The position numbers and the translations under genes are program-made. 64,000 bases of DNA. Origin: Camelus dromedarius (taxonomy: Eukaryota). The notes below the pieces were generated by a model. It had not been told where the DNA came from. It did not search any database and saw nothing but the letters and a program-made list of their open reading frames with translations. The DNA lies in contig NC_087437.1 of the NCBI RefSeq assembly GCF_036321535.1, positions 28,088,001 to 28,152,000 on the forward strand, read 5' to 3'. Shown piece by piece: positions 49,493 to 63,469 of this stretch (the stretch's first letter is position 1; each line of letters starts with the position of its first letter).

Positions 49493-49807
49493 CAGAGGGT
49501 GCAAACTGGCAGCCTCAGAAAAAGTTTGTTCTGCAGACGCTTTCTCTGGGCCCTATCTTTTTAAAAAAGTTAAAATTAGTTTCCAGTACTTAATAAACAG
49601 AAGAATGAAATTGTAAAATTTTGGATTTCTAGCTTTTATGTTGGAAACATATTTCCATCAATCAACAGATGAGGTTCCCTTCTTGGGGAGGGCCCAAGGA
49701 GTCACCAGAGGGCATGCCTCTTCAGTTGGCAGCATTCCTACCACTCTGCTATGATACACCCAGTCTGTGCATTAATGTCCCTGTAGACGTTTGAATTTGT
49801 ACCCCTG
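49493..49807 (+). mobile_element. MER102-type hAT element
   Basis: Termini CAGAGGGTGCAAACT...AATTTGTACCCCTG; interior GGGCATGCCTCTTCAGTTGGCAGCATTCCTACCACTC. Confidence 0.75.
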
Positions 49808-49863
49808 ACGCTCTCTTCAGCCACATCAGTCATTGGTGAGATCACTAGTATCCAGCAATCTCT

Positions 49864-50010
49864 CTTTCTCTCTCTCTTTTTTTGTTTTTTGAGTTTGGAG
49901 GTAATTAGGTTTATTCATTTATTTATTTTTAGAGGGGGTACTGGGGATTGAACCCAGGACCTCCTGCATGCTAAGCATGTGCTCTACCACTTGAACTATA
50001 TACTTTTCTC
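49864..50010 (-). mobile_element. tRNA-derived SINE (Vic-1 type) with TSD
   Basis: Reverse-complement homologue of the 46522 copy, flanked by CCAGCA(A/G)TCTCT at 49852 and 50011. Confidence 0.9.
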
Positions 50011-50234
50011 CCAGCAGTCTCTTTATAGGTGGACATGAGGATGAAATTACATAGAAGGGCCTAGCCATAGTAATTCCAATTTTCATAAACAGCTGAATCT
50101 ATTCATCAGAGTTTGTAATCATTGGTATGCTCTAAAATTTGTAAGCCACAGTGGAAAGGAAGTCTTCTAGCCAGATAACATCTGACTCACTTTTTTGTAG
50201 TATGATTAATTATACTATAAAAAGTATTTTTAAA

Positions 50235-50700
50235 ATCCAGTCAGGATTCTTTGGACTCATAAACACAAAAAACACTCAAACCCAAATGGGTTTAAAACTA
50301 AAAGCCAGGAGTGTGAGTTAGAATCTAGGAGATGTTTAAGAAACCAGGAGTGAGAGCAGCAGGCTTAAAAGGCAGGCCGAGTACTGAGCACACTGGGCTC
50401 TCTCACTCTCCTGCAAAGTGTCCTTGGTTCTGAGTGGATTTCTTACAATGTATCTTCTTCATCCACCTATCCTTCTTTCAATTACTTCTCCCTCTCAGTT
50501 TTAACCTTCATATTGCCACCCTGTGGCCAGCCCAGCCCATGGGTTTATCCATCTCCATTGGCCAGTTCTCAGGGAAAGGACTCTGATTGGTTTAGCTCGT
50601 CTTTTGAAACCAACCACAGGAATCATAAGACAATGTGCAGCTTCTGGATTGGTAGCTTTGGGCTAAGAGCTTGTCTTGTCCAATCGGTCACAGCCGGCGA
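50235..50700 (-). mobile_element. Old MaLR LTR (MLT1K/L-like)
   Basis: AGTCAGGATTCTTTGG...CAGGGAAAGGACTCTGATTGG...CCAATC. Confidence 0.55.
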
Positions 50701-51844
50701 TGTGTTAACATCATCATGCTCATTATCACCGTCATCTCTTATCATCACAGTCAACATCATTGCTAACATTTAATGCATACTTACTATGTGTCAGACAATC
50801 TCCTATACACCCTAGACATGATTCATTTAGTTCCAGTACCAACTTGGGAGGCAGACACTGTTTTGACCGTATTTTGTGGATGAGGCCAGTGAGCAGGGTT
50901 GTGCGTGCTCAGCAGGGACTTGAAGGCAAGGGGCGGCTTCTCTTCCAATTGGCTGAGGGTGTGTCCAGACATGTCCAGAACAAACTATTTTCCCTTTGGG
51001 CTTGCAAAATAGGAGGTTCACAGAGAATTACAGAGTAATCCCTTCATTGAGAAATTACTAAAACTGGTTTGCAATTTGCTTTGTTTGCATGGTTGTGCAT
51101 CTCTGTGCATCTGTGTAAATGTTTTACAGGCTGGTACAGTCAGCATTTGGGATAGGACAAATCCAGGGCCAGAGTTTAAAGTATATGGAGCTCTTCCACT
51201 CTTGCCCCCGTCTCTGTGCTCCCCGGTCCTATGGAACTCCTTTCTTTCTTCTCTCTTCCACTTTCCTCAGTCTCTGCTGTTGCTAGCTCCTCCAAGGTTG
51301 ACCCTTTGGTTCCCTTCTCTGAAGGCTTCATCTCACCCTCAGATTTAGACCACATTGCAAAGATGGGATTTGACGACAAGGCAGGGGAGTGGCCAGACTG
51401 GGGTCACACTGGAGAATGAAAGTTGCTGCTCAATCTGAAACACCTGGATAGTCACAGGTTTTCTGCAGACTTGGTGTCTAAAGGCCAGTCACAGGTGCTG
51501 GAGTGAATTTCAAGAGTAAAGGTAGGAGCTTAGGTGAGGCCCAGCAGCCAAACACAAGTCAAAGGGCAGCGTAGTGGGTAATGCAGACACATCTGGGTGC
51601 TCCAAGAGGGAAGAAATAAGTAGTGGGAGGCAAGTCAGAAGCCAGAGGGAGCTTTGGGGAGAGTGAACACAGTGGGACAGACTTGGTCAAAAGGATGTTA
51701 TAGTCACACTCGCTTGGGAGTGTCAGGAATCTACTTGCACACATCACAGACAAGGTTTCTTAAAGATAGCGACACGCTCGTTGGACTCCTGAAAACCACA
51801 TGCCCCAGATTTCCCGCCACAAGGTGGTCTCAGTGGGCCTCTGC

Positions 51845-51970
51845 TTGTTCCTCCCTCCTTCCCTCCTCCCTTCTGTCCTTCCTCCCTTCCTTCCTCCCTT
51901 TCTTTTCTTTCTCCCTCTCTCTTGCTCTTCCTTCCTCTCTTTCTTTCTTCCTCCCTTTGTTCTTTTCTCA
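51845..51970 (+). repeat. Polypyrimidine (CCTT/CT) low-complexity tract, followed by an antisense L2 3' end to about 52095
   Basis: Almost pure C/T run, then CAGGTGCTGGAGATCCAGTGGTGAATAAAACAG. Confidence 0.85.
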
Positions 51971-54334
51971 AATCGAGTCTTCATCCTATACCAGACACTT
52001 TTCAGGTGCTGGAGATCCAGTGGTGAATAAAACAGTTAACACTCCTTACTCCCAGGTAGTTCACATACCAGAGGTGAAGACAGACAAGAAACACAAAGTC
52101 CCACTGACATTTCTATTGCCAGCATTTACCTGATGTCATCTTTGGACACCGAGCCACAACTGACCAACGAGCCCCTGTTAAGACTAGCAGCCCCTCAGTA
52201 AGCCTAGTGGATAAGCATCAAGCTAGCTTACAGCTCCCTCCTAAATACCTGATTGCCCCACGTGTCTTTATGGATGAATTGTGCTTCCTGGCCAGTTTCC
52301 AAGATCTTTGTGTTTTTTTTCTTTTGACTCTTAGTACCTTAGTGTTCTTTGCTTCTTACCCCTTTCCTTCTTATCTGGAGCAGCCTTCAGAAGATAATCT
52401 AATGTCAGCCATGTGTAGTTTAACGTGAATTTAAATCACTGTACCACCTCTCCTAGGGACACGGTCATCTTCCTTCTTAGTTCGAAAAGTTGAATGAAAG
52501 TGACTTCCCCCTACTAAAGAAATTTGAGACATCAGGGTATCAGTGAAGTAAACAGCTGTGGGAAAGCCTGTCCAAATACACACCTTCTTCATTACATGTA
52601 AAGCTGGCCTCCCTTCAGTTTTCCCTCTTGTTTTAATTAGAAGCAAAATGTTCCTCATGCCTTCTAAAAATGCTCAAGGGTAATGCAGAACTAAGCTGCC
52701 TTTCCTAATACCCCCTAGTTTAATTTCCTAATTACAGCTGTTTGCCAGCAGTTCTTTATTCATACAGGGTCAGCTTTCAGTACTCACGTGGCAGCAGCAA
52801 AGCCAGCCTTAGGGGAGGAGGAGACAGACAGCTGGAAGCCCACGGCCGATCTCACTGAGGGGACGCTGAATAGATAGGAAAAGGGTCCAAAACAAACTTA
52901 AACAGCTGAAAAGAGCAGTGTCTGCCGTTGCCTCATGCTGAAGTCGGGGCAGAGCACACCTATTCATTCCTGACAAGTTAAGGCCTCATTAACTAGACAC
53001 TGCTTAGGGCAAATTAATTGTGTTGAAAGAGAAAGTGCCCGTCAATGCGTTTAACTGTGTCGCTATTATTAGAACCTTTACATTTCATGTTCTGTGTAGG
53101 GTGGAGACAAGACCTTGCTCAATAAATGATCATAAAGAGGGTGTTTCTTGTGTGTTTAAATCAGACTAAAAAGTGTCCAGCTATGCGCTAATAGCAACCT
53201 AGTCTCTAAAAATAAACTCTGTGTCTGTGACTTACAATGCTGGCTTCATCGAGAGTCTGTTTTGCATGGTTTTTCCATGCCCAGAAAAAAAGAGGTGTGG
53301 TTCTTACTGCAAACATTTTTGAGAATCTATTTGATGACTTTGTAGGACCCAAAAAGCACCTAAGAATTACTCATATTGCTGGCCCCAGAGTAACTGAAAT
53401 GATCATAGCGATTGTTTTTTAACTCCCTACAGATGTTGGAAAATTACAAGTCTAATGCTTTGTGAAAATATGACTCTCCCTATGCCTGACTCCTTTATTT
53501 TAATGAATGAAATTCTTTAAAAACTTGGAATTGTGCATGTTTGGTTACTCTAGGCAATAATTAAGATTCATTATTATGCAAAGCTCCAGAAAATTGAAAC
53601 TGAGTTGCTGTATTTCATAAGCTTGTCAAAAGAAAAGTTTTTTCCCCCTGCTTTTATTGCCCCTATTTCTCCTTATATTTTATTGAAGGATGGCTAATAA
53701 TGCTCATTTTGAGGGGTCGGGGAGAACAGGACAAATTTTCCCAAAATTCCAACATTTTCTTATAAAATGAGATTCTGTGAAGCAAGAAGTAATACAAGAA
53801 GTGATATAGCCCAGCCTTCCTCAGGTTTTCCTTTCCCACATTTTTCACAGGAGAAATTGATGGCCAGAAAGATGAAGTCATTTTCAAAGGTGACAAATCA
53901 ATTGGGTAAAGAAGAACTAGGATCTATGTTCTCCAGACTTCTGGTCCTATGTTCTTACCACTTATAAAGAACAAAGGTAGGAGGGAGATTTTTATGAATA
54001 TAATGTAAATTTAGTACATTTCTTTAGCTCTGTGCATGGTGCATGCAGTTTTATAGCAAAGCCTTTGGAAAGTTTACATAAAGAAGGAAGAACTAGCCCA
54101 CTTCTGGGAAAAAAAAAAAAAAAAGAAAGAGAGAGAAACGTATTTTACTTGAAATATTTTGCTAATTGTATAGGGAGTATTCTGGAGAGGCTAGAATGAA
54201 CAGCCATTACTTTTTGGCAGTTGAGAAATTAAGTTGGCCTTGATACATCTCTCTGCTAGTGAAATCTACACCAAATCAAGCATATTCACTTGGTATTCCA
54301 AGATCCAGAGAGCAAAACTTCTCTATTCAAGCCA

Positions 54335-54905
54335 TGTAACTATCAGAGTTCCTCTTGGAAGTAACCAAAACTAACTTTTTGGATGAGCTAAATACAAAAA
54401 GAATTTCTCAAAAAAGGTTATTGGATACTCATAAAATTTCCAGAAAAGCTGGAATGTTAGGCACAGAAAACAAGCAGGAACCAAAAGAAGACGGAGCACC
54501 AGGAACACAGCTAAGATTACTCCTCAGGAAACATTGGGATGGATGTAATGGCCACACCTGTGGGATGACAGATGTTGCCCCTGCCAGTCTTGCGCATTGC
54601 TTGCCATTGGCATCATTGCCAGAGCTCATCCTGGAACTATTTTATGTGCTATCTGCACCAGGACAAAATCTCCTTTGTCCCTGCATCTTTGCATCACTTG
54701 CCCTACAGTAGATTTACTGGCTGAGAGTTTCTGGCAATGTCGAGGTTATATGCCTTTATCCTAGCTGCTACAAAAGCTGTAAAAGTAAGCACCTGCCATT
54801 TCCTGCTTTTGTGAACGTCAAGAGTAATGGATAATTCCTTACCCCATTCCTTACCCAAGAAGGATAGGGGTACACATGACAGGCAGCCAACACCACCAAT
54901 GACAT
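54335..54905 (-). mobile_element. Old MaLR LTR (MLT1M/N-like)
   Basis: ATCAGAGTTCCTCTTGGAAGTAACCAAAACTAAC...GAGGTTATATGCC...CTAGCTGC...GGCAGCCAA. Confidence 0.5.
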
Positions 54906-56192
54906 CAGCCTGACAGACATCCAGAGCAAATTGTGTTCATATTATACAGTTAAGAGAGGAAAAACAGCCATTTTGAAAAACACCTACATAATAAACAATT
55001 AAAATGATAAGGAAGAAGAGCTGTATAACCCAATGAATGTATAACAAAGAGTCCTCCCCCCACTCCAAAATCTAAACCATGTCTACCACTACCGAGTTGC
55101 ATAACCTTGAATAGGTCCCTTCACATCTCTGGTTCTGTTTCATTGTATTATGGGTGAAGGAATTGGACCAAGTGATCTTAAGCTCTCTTCTTGCTGTGGC
55201 AGCCTCTAAGTCAAACATGAGAGTATCAAAAAAGAGTTGGTGGCTTACTTACTCTTGTGGCTTGGTAAACCAGGTTATCGATTGGAACAATCATGAAGTT
55301 GAAAGCAGGTTTGTGCAGACAGGCAAGAAAGAAATCTAAGGTTAATTATGTTTTAAAAAAAATTTTATCACTTGTTTTCTGATCTAAGAATTCTTTGGAA
55401 AGAAAAGATTTAAAAAATTTCTCTTAAGGGGTAAAATATTTTTATCACCAGGTAGGAAGCAGAAAATCATATGCTGGAAAGGCAATTGGAGTAGCTGATT
55501 TGGATTTGTTGGTGAGAATTTGTGCTGGTAAAGCAGAGAGGCATCGAGGGCACCTTGCAGACTAGGACTGTGTTTATTTCTGCATCATCAGTATCATCAT
55601 TTTCAATGCTGTAACTTACCATAATTACCACTGGCATCAACTGACAGGCTTTGATTTCTAATACCCAACTTGATAACTACTTCCTATAACCTGAAGCTTC
55701 TCTTAAAAAAGTCTGAAGAAGCTCTGAAGATGAGGGAAAATTAAAATTTCTTGAAAAAGAATTAAATATCTAGAAGTTAGTTTCAGAATAATTAAAAAGG
55801 TATAAAAGAGGTCTGGCTAAGACATAATATTGAAGGGGGTCTTTTTATCTTTCTCAGATCTTACCTCTATTCATCCTTCATTGTTTATGATAGAAATCCT
55901 GTGACTGTCACGAGAACACAGGGATAAGAATCATGTGACTACATTTATATAGAAAGAACATGACTTGGAAGACTGGACTCTATAATATCAGCTCTGCTCA
56001 AATTCTGAAATCCTGAGTAGAGTTTTCTTTAAAAGGAAGCTTCCTGTGGGTAAAATAAAGTGAGAACCTGTAGTGACAATCTTTGCTACTCAATCCTTTA
56101 GGTAGATAACCAACCTTGAAGTTACTGTGGGGTCCTTCATCATTAGGGATCAAGGGGATGTCTGGACAATTATGTGTTTTTAAACAATCTTT

Positions 56193-56324
56193 AAAAATTT
56201 TTTTTAATATCATGGCTTTTTTTTTGGCTTGCATCTGACTTTATTTATCTATTTATTTATCCTTTTTTGTTTGTTTTTTGGGGGGAGGTATTTATATATA
56301 TATATATTTAATGGAGGTACTGGG
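56193..56324 (-). mobile_element. 5'-truncated Vic-1-type SINE with extended tail
   Basis: Minus strand reads CCCAGTACCTCCATTAAAT...TACCTCCCCCCAAAAAA; 13-bp TSD TTAAACAATCTTT at 56180 and 56325. Confidence 0.8.
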
Positions 56325-58509
56325 TTAAACAATCTTTGGACAGTGTTCTGCTTTTAATTTTCTGAGAAAAACTCTCGTCCTTATCATGAAAGCATATTTC
56401 ACTATGACTCTATTTTCCCCAAATGTGAAATTTACAAATTGTAGCAATCAGTAAACATATAGTCTTATGATGTACCCAAAGCTACACATTAGTATATTAA
56501 TAATCAATTTCACAATACTGCATATATAAATCAACTTCCTAGAAGAAAATCCTGAATATGCTGGCATATGTTAGAAAATATATGCAGAGAATATTTAATG
56601 GACACATTAACATGAAAACATTTGAAAAGATGTGAATGGTTAGCAATAATAATGCTAATTTTTGAGGTAAAGAAGTTAAGTAGCTACAAATAATTTTTGA
56701 GTAAAAATAACTGTGCTTTCTCAATCTTTAGTCATAGGAAAAGGGGAATAAAAACACTAAGAGAATTATTTAAACAGTAGTTTATACTGAAACACTTTAA
56801 TTAAAAAGTCCATTAAATATTTTAAACCAAAGAAGTATTTGGCAATCCAACTCTAGGCAACTGAAATTTGGCTGTAGTATTTCATATACCTGTTAAACTA
56901 TGGATAAAGGCTTTAGGTTCTTTTTAATTTGTTTTCCTATTCATCTTTGGCATTTGGAATAGATTAGTTAATTATTGGGTGTGGATGTCTGTGGCTTGAG
57001 CTTTTCTCCTGAGGAATCAATATTTATTTAATGATTTTTTTTTTAAGACAAAATTGTCGTCTGTTTTTTCAGGGTGGTCCTGGTACTTTCCAGTTGTAAA
57101 ATAAAAATCAGCTGAGACTCAAGAAATTCACACGGGTTAAGGTTAAAAGGAGAATTTTGGTTCTGTTAGAATTGAAACTCAGGCTGGTCAGAACCTCTAA
57201 TCATTTTTTCCATGTAAACATATGGCCATATTATTCAGGAGAGTAATCACTATTGAATCTAAGGCAAGTTTTAATGTAAGTCTTTATTCTTTCCTATTAA
57301 AACTCAAAATGGTGTCCTTAGTTCCCCAGTCTCCACTCCCTACACACTATTATATATCCTAAGCCAAGATTAAGAAGGTGAATAAATTCAGCACTAACAA
57401 AATGAATCCTTTGGCCTCTGCAAAATCAAGTCAGTTCATCCTGAGCCAAGAAGAGGAATATACTTTTGTTCTGATGTATTAAGCCAACTTTTTTCAATTA
57501 TTTTAAAAATGCCCCTTTAGTTAGAAAAAGCATAAAACTTAACTTTAAAACAATTTGTTTCAAACAGCCAATTCATCTTTAGAAAAGCGTAAGAGAACAT
57601 AAATAAGGATTATCATCCCTTGTTCTACAGAGGAAAGTGATAATAATCATTCACTGACCCATTAGCTGTAAAACAATAAAACCCTGGGGAAAAGGTTAAT
57701 ATTTAGACAATCTTGGCATCTGAGGTAAGTTTAGAAAAATAGGAATGCCGCATTAAAACAAAAAGAAAAGATTTTAAAAAGCTAAAAACAGACCAGATGT
57801 TGACTGCTGGACGTCAATGGCAACAAGAGAAAACAACACATGTGGATTTAATGTTCTTTCCTCAGACAGACTCTCAGAAAAACAGATTCTCTGAGAGATC
57901 CAACCAATTATGTTTGACTGTAAACCACTGTCTAACACACCCCACCGCATTCCTGTGCCTGGAAAAATAAGAGGGATGGAGATGAGTAGGCTTGAAGGAT
58001 AGGTCCAAATGTCAAGGAGAAGAGTCAGAAAATTACCAGTGACTGAAATAAATAAAAGCTCACACTGTGTGAATATCTCACCATTAGCATCAAGCCACAT
58101 TTTCATTTGCCTGGAGGAAAGCCTACCAGATACTTCATGGCCTAGATATCAATGATTGGGATGTAAGTGAGAAAAGTGAGTCTCACACTTAACGTCATTT
58201 GTAGAGAATCACCCAGCTGGAAGGTTAAAATAAAAATGGATTTGATAATTGGCTGTGTTTGCTTTTAGCCTCCACAAACCTCTTCCGGCTTATGCAATCT
58301 CTAACTTAATCAGGGACATTCCCAACCAACCAGATTTTAAAACTTGTTCAGAAGATATAGAAGAAAAAGCCCAGAATGGACCTCTGAACCTGAGACCCTT
58401 CATTAGATTTCTTTTTTTATTTGCTGCCTCATAGCTGTATGATGCTAAAATTAAATTCTCTGGGTCTTTTCTCTTAATAGTCTTCCAGTAACTGATAGGT
58501 CGCAAGGTC

Positions 58510-59290
58510 ACGATGTGATCTAATAAACAAGAGTGAAAACACAGAGTTCCCTCTTAGGAGGATTTCACAGTCTAATGCAGGAAGACAGAAAGGCAATTAA
58601 GTATGATAATACAGTGCAGGTAAGTGCTGAGAGACAGGAAAGCACAGAAAACCTTGAAAACACAGATATGTGCACTAACCCCACCCTGTGGGGTGGGGGA
58701 CACAGAAGTCTTCCTCAAAGAGGTGACCATTTTGCTGAATCTTGAAGAACTGGTGCAAGTAAACCAAGCAAAGATGCGAAGAAAAAGACATTCTGGGCAG
58801 AGTGAAGGTCCTGAGCAAGAACCTGGAGACTGAGAAAGCATAGGAATTCCAGAATCTATAAGCTGTTGCATGAGAGGAGGAATTTTGTTTTGTTCACTGA
58901 TTTACCCGCAGTGCCTCGAAAAGTACTAGGCTCAAAGGAGGTTCAAGACCATGAATGGTTAAATAAATAAATCCAGTCATTTATTAACAGGCACTTTTGA
59001 CTGTTGAATGGAGAGGCAATTTTAAAGGGACAGAAGAGGGAACAGGGAGACTGGTCAGGAGACGTTGGCACTAGTCCAGTTACCAGATGATGGAGAGTTA
59101 GACAAGAGCAATGGCAGTGAAGGGGAAGGAATGTGGGAGGAGCTGAGGTGTATTTTGGAAGTGGAGTCAAGGAACTTGGTATTTGGAAGAATGAAGTGAT
59201 CAAGGAGGACTACGATGTGACTGAAGTCATCCAGGAGTTGTATGTTCTCTTCAAACTGAGTAGTAGTAATGAGGGTGGAGATAAACCCAA
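58510..59290 (-). mobile_element. L2 fragment with a nested opposite-strand L2 3' end (about 58855-58972)
   Basis: GAAGTCTTCCTCAAAGAGGTGACC...GCTGAATCTTGAAG; nested TTTTGTTCACTGATTTACCCGCAGTGCCT...AAATAAATAAAT. Confidence 0.75.
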
Positions 59291-62200
59291 GTAAGCAGCA
59301 GTCATGGAGCATTAGTATTTAAATAATTGAGGTACTTAGCTGATGTCAGTGTTTCTTCTAACCTGACTAATTTTGTATTACAATGAATTTTCCTTATATA
59401 AGTTAATTTTTGCTTAACCATTTTAGCAATTATGTATATATACATTATTTTTAAAGATCATAGTTGTATTTCTCAGTGTTAGATTTATGGATGATTTCTA
59501 ATTTCTTCTTTGTATGTATTGATTGACTATTTCACAATGATCACGTAAATACAGAGTGGTCATATTTTATGCAATGATGCATCTCTGAAACTCTTGCAAA
59601 AAATACTTGCAAAATTCAAGACTCATTCCAGCAAAGGAGAGCTGTTATCTGCTTAACACCTGCATTGGTGCCACTGTTAGTACAAACAAAATTCACAATT
59701 CACTATGAATATTTTCCAAATATTACTGGGGGTACAGAGATTAATATCATTTTAAAATTGATGATTAAATATATTAATTTGTAGTAGTAAAAATTCCTGT
59801 CAAATACACATAAAAAGCACTTTTTAAGGAAAAAACCTATTTGCTTTTTGAGCACTTATGTTTGAATAGAAAATATTCTCTTATCTTTAAGATTTTTATT
59901 TGCTTGATTTGTGCTCTTTTCAGTTAAGAATGTCTTAAGCCGGCACCATAGCTGCCTATTGACATGTCAAATTGTAAGTGAATTACCTAAGAGAAAAATA
60001 AAACCCCAGATCTGCTTGATAAATCAAAAGTAAAATAGACAGCAAATGTTAAAGATATTCATCTAAATTTTCAGACAAAAAGCAACACATGAATGATAAT
60101 TTTATATAGTTTTCTTTAAACTAAAAATGGAATTTAAGTGTTTATTGAGTCCTTAGTTCTAATTTTCTCTGTAGTTTCCATCTCATCCAATCTCCAAGAC
60201 GCCAAAGGAACTCAACTGAGTCTTAACTGAAAGATGCCAGGGTCATCTCAGTGGACATCTGCCAACCAACTACACCTTCTGTCTCCAAGAAAGGAACCCT
60301 GAGGGATCCTATCTCTATCCATCTGAGTTATATTTGTGTATGGGAAGTGGAAGTGGGGACGTGGTAAAAGGTGGTTTGAGCATTTGACTAAGCACATAAC
60401 TGAGGGAATCAAAAAATTAGATGCTAAATGAAACAAGAGGCATAGACGTGTAGAGGTCAGACCCCTTGCCCTACACATCACACATCACACATTATACACA
60501 CAGACAACCTGTTTCCACCTCTACTTCCTCCTTTATGAGAACAATCCTGGTGTGTAACAATCAAAGTCTTCTTTGACTCTATCCACTGGTAAAATCCTCT
60601 AGAATCTCTGATGAACTAAGAGCACTTACTCTCTTTCATTTTAGAAAGATAGATATGTTACCAATTTGGGGAGTATCTTGAGAGAATACATGCTCTACTT
60701 TCTAAAGTAGCCTGTGGTTGGTTTTAAGACAGAAATACTTGTCTAAAATCCTTCTGTGAAGAGCCACCCCCTTCCACACACACACATCCCTTCATGAAAT
60801 GTGGGAAGTGGGAGTTAGGAGAGGGCTTCAGAAACCTTTTTGTGAGATGGTTTATGGAATGCAGCATAGGTACACATAAACGTAGACAGACATACAAATA
60901 CATACTTGTTTACCAAGGTTGAAATCCTGAGCTTTCTGAAGTCCACCATTCATGAGAAAGTATTTCATTATTCATAGACTAGTTACAAAATATGTACTTA
61001 TTTTCCAGGAAACGTAAGTAGAAAAAGACATGCCCTGGTATTAAATAGAACCCTATCTATGCAGAAGACATTTGCGGCTCCAAAAATCCGACTCCTGTTT
61101 AGGCGCCAAAGCTGGTCAAAGACTGGCTTATATCTTGCGTAAGTACTTTCTTCTTACACAATGCTTGGATATAGTCTGATAAATACCACTGAGTATCCAT
61201 GAATCTTAGCTATATTATTATTCATCGTTTGGAAAATGTGCATTTTTGTGTCTATTTCTTTTCATATGGGGTTTTATTTTCCTATTTATCTACCGAATTT
61301 ATCAAATTATAAATATTTAATATAACATGGAAAAGGTACATTTTAAAAAGATTATATCAGAGATCTTTGATGCATTCCTTCTATTTACAATCAGTGGTTT
61401 ATAAGAAGAACACATACTCATAAATACTCATTTTGGGCTTTTCTGGGAAAAAGTTGTCATCATTTTCATGCCACAATTTGATTTTTAGTTTAAGAGAATG
61501 AAGACCATTAAAGCAGTCTAGACTGATCAAATGCAGGGGATCTGAATATGCAGAAATTTTTTCAGCTTCCCAGATACCACTCAATTGTTCTTTAAGCCCC
61601 CCAAATCTTTGATTTTTCTGCTATAAAATGTAAAAAGGATGGAAAATTCATTAATTGAGGTCTTAACTGTAATAAAAATTGTGCTTCTCCCAGGAAGCAA
61701 AGCAGAATCATTAAGATACATTTGTCTTATGATTCCTCAAGTTCTCTACTAAAATATCACTAACATGAAAATTTGAACACAGCTTTTCCAACTGCATTGT
61801 TTAAATCAACTCAATACAGCATATGGTCTCATCACAAACATAAGAAATATAAATTGTTAATAAGATGTCATGTTATAAGATAGACTCCAAATACTCATGA
61901 AATACCCATTGGGATTTATCTGTCTATATTTTAAGATTTCAGATTGCTTTCAATCAAAAGAAAACTTAGGTTAAGTCCAACTTATTCTTACTTATATGTA
62001 GCTGCAGAAAGCTAGCAAGGGAGAGAGAAAGGGATGTTTGCTGCAAATAATAATAAATAGGTGCAAATAAAGGAGTAATCAGTTTTCAACAGGAGGAGCG
62101 AAGGACTTTTAAATGCTCTTGCCCTAACCTCAAAACCAGAGACCAAAATTCTGTGGGAAACTATTAATCTAATGAGACAATGAACCATTTCAGAACTATA

Positions 62201-62599
62201 ACTATAGTAGTCTACCTGTTTACAGGAAGATGTAAAAAGATATTTTCTGTTACTGATGGGATGATAATCATGTTTGAAGTCCATTGACCTCTGAGGATTT
62301 CAGATAGGTTCTCAGTTAGCAGTCTAATACCAGAATCCCCCAGTGGACCAGAAAGAATCGAGATAGTCAGATATTTGAATGTTTACTCAAGTTCTGCTAC
62401 AATAACAAGAAATTCACAATACTATCTTCAAGAAATAAGACATTTGAAAGCATTTCAGGTGCTTGATAATCGAGCATGATTCGTCCTTCAGATGAACATC
62501 CAGTTTTATGCTTTTAATCAGGATGTTGTTTTTTGAGAAATCAATGTAAAATACACTGTAATCTCAAGGAACATTCTTCAATGCATGTTTCTACTTTGA

Positions 62600-62900
62600 T
62601 TATCAGTATAAATGGTCTATCAGATAGACTTTTAACTGCACCAGTGGAAACCTCAAATAACACGGGGTTAAATCATAAAGAAATTATTCATTTTACTGAA
62701 CAGTGAGTCTAAGATTCAGGTCAGCACCACAATGATATAATCAAAGTTTCTGATTTTCATATTTTGACTTGACCACTTTAGTGTGCTACCTTTTCATTTC
62801 CATGTTCATTATTTCATGGTCTCAAAAGGACTTCTGAATCTCCAGGAATCGTGTTCATAATCAAGACAGGAAGATGAGATGAGAATAACATCAGTTCTCT
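62600..62900 (-). mobile_element. MaLR LTR fragment (MLT1I/J-like)
   Basis: AACCTCAAATAACACGGGGTTAAA...TCATGGTCTCAAAAGG...CTCCAGGAATCGTG. Confidence 0.5.
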
Positions 62901-62944
62901 CTCCTCTTATGCTTATCTCTGTTTTGTTCTGTTTTGTTTTGTTA

Positions 62945-63469
62945 TATTTATTTTTTAAAGACCTTATATTTTAGAGCAGTTTTAGATTCACAACAAAATT
63001 GAGCAGATGGTACAGAGATTTCCCATATACCCCTGCTCCCACACATGCACAGCCTCCCCCATTATCAACATCACTCAGCAGAGTGGTACATTTGTTACAA
63101 TTGATAAACCACATTGACATACAATAATTGTCTAAAGTCTGTAGTTTATCTTAGGGTTCACTCCTGCTGTTGTACATTCTATGAGTTAGAACAAATATGT
63201 AATGATATGTACTCATCATTATGGCATCATACAAAGTAATTCCACTGCTCTAAAAACCCTCTCTGCTCTACCCATTCATTGCTTCCCCCCAGTCCACCTC
63301 TGGTACACTGAGCTTTAATGTCTCCATAGTTTTGCCTTTTCCCGAATAGTTGGAATCACATAGTATGTAGCCTTTTCAGTTTGGCTTGTTCACTTAGTAA
63401 AATTCATTTAGAGTTCGTCCATGTCTTTTTGTGGCTTCATAATTTATTTCTTCTTAGTGCTAAATAATA
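62945..63469 (-). mobile_element. L1MC1-like 3' end
   Basis: TTTTAGAGCAGTTTTAGATTCACAACAAAATTGAGCAGATGGTACAGAGATTTCCCATATACCCC. Confidence 0.85.

Noticed and set aside
51654..52133. 159-aa ORF and overlapping ORFs
   Set aside because: Produced by a stop-poor polypyrimidine tract and an L2 remnant.
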